Assembly: GCA_951406725.2 (NCBI GenBank)
Contig: OX597818.1
Span: 120,590,001 to 120,654,000, forward strand
From: Octopus vulgaris
Lineage: Eukaryota
Direction of reading: 5' to 3'
DNA: 64,000 nt
Part shown: one piece after another, positions 59,201-64,000 of the stretch
Layout: each line of letters begins with the position of its first letter
Numbering within the stretch: the stretch's first letter is position 1
The notes under the pieces: generated by a model
Seen by the model: the letters and a program-made list of their open reading frames with translations, nothing else
Database searches by the model: none
What the model was told of the DNA's origin: nothing
Program-made: the position numbers and the translations under genes

Positions 59201-61941
59201 ATGTATGCAAATAATAAGCGTCTCATATTTAGACACAAGGTCAACAGTTTTGAAGGCCAGCAGTTTTACATCGACCCTAGTGCTCAATTAGTACTTGTTT
59301 TATCGACTCCGAGAGGCAAAGTGGATCTTGGCGTAATTTGAGCTTGGAATGTGAATAGCAGGAAGAAATTACCATTTTGCCAGACGCATTTATGATTCTG
59401 TCAGCATGCCGCCTAATAACAATAACGATAATGATAAAGGTCTCTTTCGCCGAATCGCTAAGTTATTATGGTTATTTAAACAAACCAACACCAGTTGTCA
59501 AGCTATGGGACCAAACTCAAACGCACGGGCACACATGTGCATGTCTGCGACGGACTTCCACACAATTGCTGTCTACAAGGCATTGGTTGGTCTGGAGTTA
59601 TGGCAGAAAATACTTACCCAAAGTTCCGTGCTGTGATACTGAACTTGAAACCAGGAAGTTACAAAACGAGCTTGCTGACCACAAAGTTATGATTGCGCCT
59701 ATATTTAATAAATATGATGTTTACAGGATTGCTTTATCAACAGTTAATACGTATAATGTGAACAGTTCTCTGCTGTCTACATTCAAAAACACAATTTTTA
59801 TTTTTACCGTTGGACTTGAAAAACAAATCTAATAACTGTTGTACCGTACTTTCTACAGATAAGAAAACATTGCGAGCTGTCAGAAACGTTAGCACGACGG
59901 TCGAAATGCCTAGCCGTATTTCGTCTGCCGTTACGTTCTGAGTTCAAATTCCACCGAGGTCGACTTTGCCTTTCATTCTTTCGAGGTCGATAGATTAAGT
60001 ACCAGTTACGCACTGGGGTCGATGTAATCGACTTAATCCCTTTGTCTGTCCTTGTTTGTCCCCTCTATATTTAGTCCCTTGCGGGCAATAAAGAAATAAG
60101 ATAAGAAAACACTGCATTTAAGAAAGGTGAACTGGCAGAATCGTTAGCACGCCATTTTTTACGTCGCGGCGTTCTGAGTTCAAAATCCATCGTGGTCAAC
60201 TTTTTCATCCAGTCGGGATCGATTAAATAGGTACCATTTGAGCACTGAGATTGATGCAATCGACTTTCCCCCAGGCTGCTAAAATCTGAAGCCAATAGTT
60301 ATTGAATTTTCCGGTGCTTGTGTCCACATTTAATAAGTACAACGTGAAAAACACTGCACTGTAAACCTTTCCACCGCATTTAATTACCCAAATGTTTGCT
60401 GAACTGTCTCAAATGAATTTTGTCTAAATGTATCTTATATTACTTTTCATTTTGTAAGCCTAATTAGGATGTGCGTAGTTATGCTAAATGTTGCATAATT
60501 CCGAAATATAGCATCTGACTTTCCGAGTTATCATGTAACTGTTCAGTATCCATTAAAATGAAATGTTTACGCTGTTCCTCCAGGGTCATGATACAACGGC
60601 TGCAGGAATTAACTGGACATTATACTTCATAGCCGCTTATCCACATGTACAAAAGAAGTTACAGGAAGAAGTCGATGATTTTTATGGTGAGTTGTGAACT
60701 TCATACAAACTCTCGTTTTATTGTTGTGATTAATATTTTGCAAATGTTGCAACGGCGTGCAGGACAAATCGTTGCTGCACCGAACAAAATGATTATCAGC
60801 ATTTGAACATAATGAATTCCTGTATTTGCCACAGTGATGACGGATAATCAGGTCGATACAGGGTCAAATTACTGAAAAAGTTGGGGATTTTCACTGAATT
60901 ATTATGAAAATTAGAAATATGTATGGAAAAATAATAAAAGGAACAGATACCAGGAGACAAACAGGGAACTAGCAAATCCAAGATTATCTTTACCAATGTG
61001 TTTTCCGACCCACGGGTGCATGTTGAAATTATATCAATTCATACAGGCCATTTCAAGAGGAACTTGGAAAAGATGATGTTCAACATGAGCGCTCAAGTGT
61101 CTACATTCAATCATTTCAGTTTGTCCACCATTTCAAAAAGGAACAAGATTTGCCATTCCCGGTCAAAAGAGGACAGCAGGAAGATCTTACAATAGACACA
61201 AGGGATAACAGGACACTACATGTCAGCAAGGTTCGAAAATGAACGAAACGTTCAAAATGGTTTTACCGATCTATGCAAGTGTCGGAGAGACTTCGGTTGA
61301 CGGTGCTGGCGTACCTGCCGTATTGATTGCGAATTAGGACTCCCCTTCCACTCCGTTAGCTCTTCTAGGATTGGAATTTGCAGAGGTTGCCCGTAGTCTC
61401 TTGTCTGATAATCCTCCGGAATTGCTGACCCCCACATTGACTCCAAGAATATCCTCGTGAATATCCACTTTCTCACTTTTTCCCAACTTTCATAATCTGC
61501 AAGGGTTGAAGTGCCAATTCCTGGTTTCCTTTCTTGGCAAAGAACTGTGAGTAGCTGATCGACTTTCAGCTTCCATACTCCCAAACATGGTCTTCACTGG
61601 ACCTAGGACAGCAGTTTTGTTTTAAAAGTTTCTGAAGTTAAGTGTTTGGCCTCCAGAAATGAAATATTCAAAACTTACTCTTATATTGATATATAATGAT
61701 AACGATTCTAACTATTACTCTCCAGTTGTTAGAATTACAAATAAGGTAACATGTGAAGATAGATAGTAATGCCAGGTGAATATATTTAGAGGAGTGAATT
61801 AATGCTTTAAACCTAATTCCAAGTGGTTGTGATTCATATGATATTCTCACATTGGCTGTATCTCCTATACATGCCTGATACAATGTATACAAAGCTCACG
61901 TGTCTGAGTAACACAGTAAATATAACACTAATTTCTATGGT

Positions 61942-63185
61942 AGTTGAACTAAAACTAATTTTTAAATTGTGTCTATTGAAGAGTTTCCTATAAGTATGGT
62001 TAACTGGAAAATGTCTATCTATCAGTGCTAGGAAATATTTACCTATATTGAAGGCCACCTCGGGTGAGTAAGGGGGCGTAAACCAGATGACCTTCCTATT
62101 TCTATTATTCCTTTTCCTTACTGTTGGGCTAGTGATAGGTGTATATTTTATTTTTTCGCTAAAACCACTATCTTTTAAAGCCTTATTATAAACTGGGGCA
62201 ACGCTATTGAAGATGTCCTCATCAGATGAGAGGCTAGAAATCCTCTTACTAATATTTTTAACTAAATTTTTGAATACTCTTCAATAGACACAATTTAAAA
62301 ATTAGTTTTAGTTCAACTACCAATTTTAAAAACATAATCAAACATAACATACAAAAAACACAAGAAGAAAACAGCTGTTCATGCAGGAATAAAGAATTGT
62401 GCCCGCTAAATGGAGCTTGCATGTCCAAGACCATCATATATGAAGCTACCGTAAACTCTATAACCACTAAAGACACCGTTTCGACGAAGAAATACGTGGG
62501 CCTTACAGAGGGTAATTTCAAGGCCAGGTTCAATAACCACACTCTGAGCTTTAGGCACTGGAACAAAAGGAAAGCGACACAATTATCTAATCATATTTGG
62601 TCTTTAAGAGATAAAGGTGTCGATTATAACATACAATGGAAGATTTTGGCCAGATGTAAGCCCTATACTAACGGCAGCGGAAGGTGCGGTCTATGCGACA
62701 TGGAGAGATGGCTTATCTGGAAAAGCAGCTTAGACCCTACTACATGTCTAAATACAAGGACAGAGCTTTTCGGATCATGCCCACATGTGACTAAATTTCT
62801 GTTACGTTTTTGGTCCCCTAAAGAAAACAGATAGAACATGCTTTCTATGTTATGTCCCGAGAAGAATTTATATATTTTTATATATTTTTATATATTTTTT
62901 ATGTATTTTTATATAATTTTCATGACGAAAAATGCGAGCGATGTATAAGTACGCAGGCAAGCAGAGTTATAACAGAGTAATTTCCCTTTATTTAACGGTA
63001 TTTTTTCATAACGTTTTCAAATACCCAGATAACCGAAGAGATGGTGTTGTGGATTTCCACTTCGGCATCTGAAACTCAGAGTTTTATCTTGACTACCGAG
63101 TAATGTAACATATTGTATAGATAAATTTCCTCTATTTACATAATATTGAGGTCTCTTTCTTTCTTTTGTTATCTTACCGTTTTAT

Positions 63186-63190
<5 letters not shown>
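61942..63190 (+). mobile_element. Penelope-like element with inverted 5' part (RT C-terminus on -, GIY-YIG on +)
   Basis: + ORF CPLNGAC...IIYEATV...KYVGLTE..FKARF (GIY-YIG). The - strand 61942-62255 encodes RRISSLSS...VIWFTPPY...HFP..H.YRKLFNR, typical of PLE RT thumb/linker. Confidence 0.85.
63027..63089 (+). ncRNA. Degenerate hammerhead motif (U4C) in PLE 3' region
   Basis: AGATAA-CCGAAGA-GATG..CATC-T-GAAA-CTCAGA-GTT-TTATCT, about 200 nt after the GIY-YIG ORF on the same strand. Confidence 0.55.
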
Positions 63191-63232
<42 letters not shown>

Positions 63233-64000
63233 GTACGACGGGTTTTTCTTTTATTTTCCGTCAGCCAAATCCACACAAACGGCTTTGGTGTACCCGAGGC
63301 TATAGTAGAAAACACATGCCTAAGGAGCCACGCAGTGGAACTGAACCCAGAACCGTATGGTTCGAAAGCAAGCTTCTTTTTTTATGAAATGGCCATAAAG
63401 GCCTTACACAGAGGGAACAGCACAAGGTGGGGACAAAGACAAAACGAATGGAATGAAGGATGGAATGAAGTCAGTCGGCCCCACCTCCGAGCGACCTCAT
63501 TGAACTTCTAGCAACACCATTTATATTACCCTTTGCAGCAGCCAATTTGATACACAATTTGAACACAGTTATTTACACAATAATTAATCCAGATCTTTCT
63601 CCAAAATGTCTACATTATATTTTTTTTTGATGTCCACGTACCTCATCTTTCCGGCATTGTGCTGGTGTCCACTTTTTGGACCACCACTCACAGTCACAGT
63701 TTTCCATATACCCATGTACGTTCCACAGGTTATCCAGGTCCGTCGGCATACAATAATCGTTCTCAGGAAGACCCCTTACACCTGTTATATCCACCTTCAC
63801 TATTCCGTCCCACGAATTTACTTCGTTATACAGTTCCTGAATCTGTCCATTGTACATTAATACGAATTTTTCATTACAGGGCAGGGTGGGCACTTTTAAG
63901 GCTCTTTTAAGGCTCTTGTGTGTCTGCAATTGTTTTTTATGTCAGACTGGGCATGGGGAGGGTTGGTATCTGTAGGGAGTGGTTGGGGTAGAGTGGGTTT

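Overview
AT-rich, microsatellite-dense animal DNA. The SINE and simple-repeat content suggests a cephalopod (octopus-like) genome, but this is inference. The minus strand carries a multi-exon cytochrome P450 family-4 (CYP4V-like) gene: 11 coding exons between 30046 and 1471, all with GT-AG splice sites and compatible phases, and the last exon lies left of the window. About 11.5 kb of this gene (6352-17820, exons 5-8 plus introns) is duplicated in inverted orientation at about 44731-61941, with exon frames and splice sites still intact. The rest is mobile DNA: two near full-length and several partial R4/Dong-type LINEs in (TAA)n tracts, a mariner with TIRs, Helitron, Helentron, piggyBac, Gypsy and RTE remnants, tRNA-derived SINEs, and Penelope-like element (PLE) remnants. 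The most striking hidden signal is ten minimal type-I hammerhead-ribozyme motifs from about 7 unrelated sequence families. They lie in fold-back, PLE-type terminal repeats that are mostly inserted in (TA)n tracts, and two families carry compensatory core variants (U3-A8 and A3-U8 instead of C3-G8).
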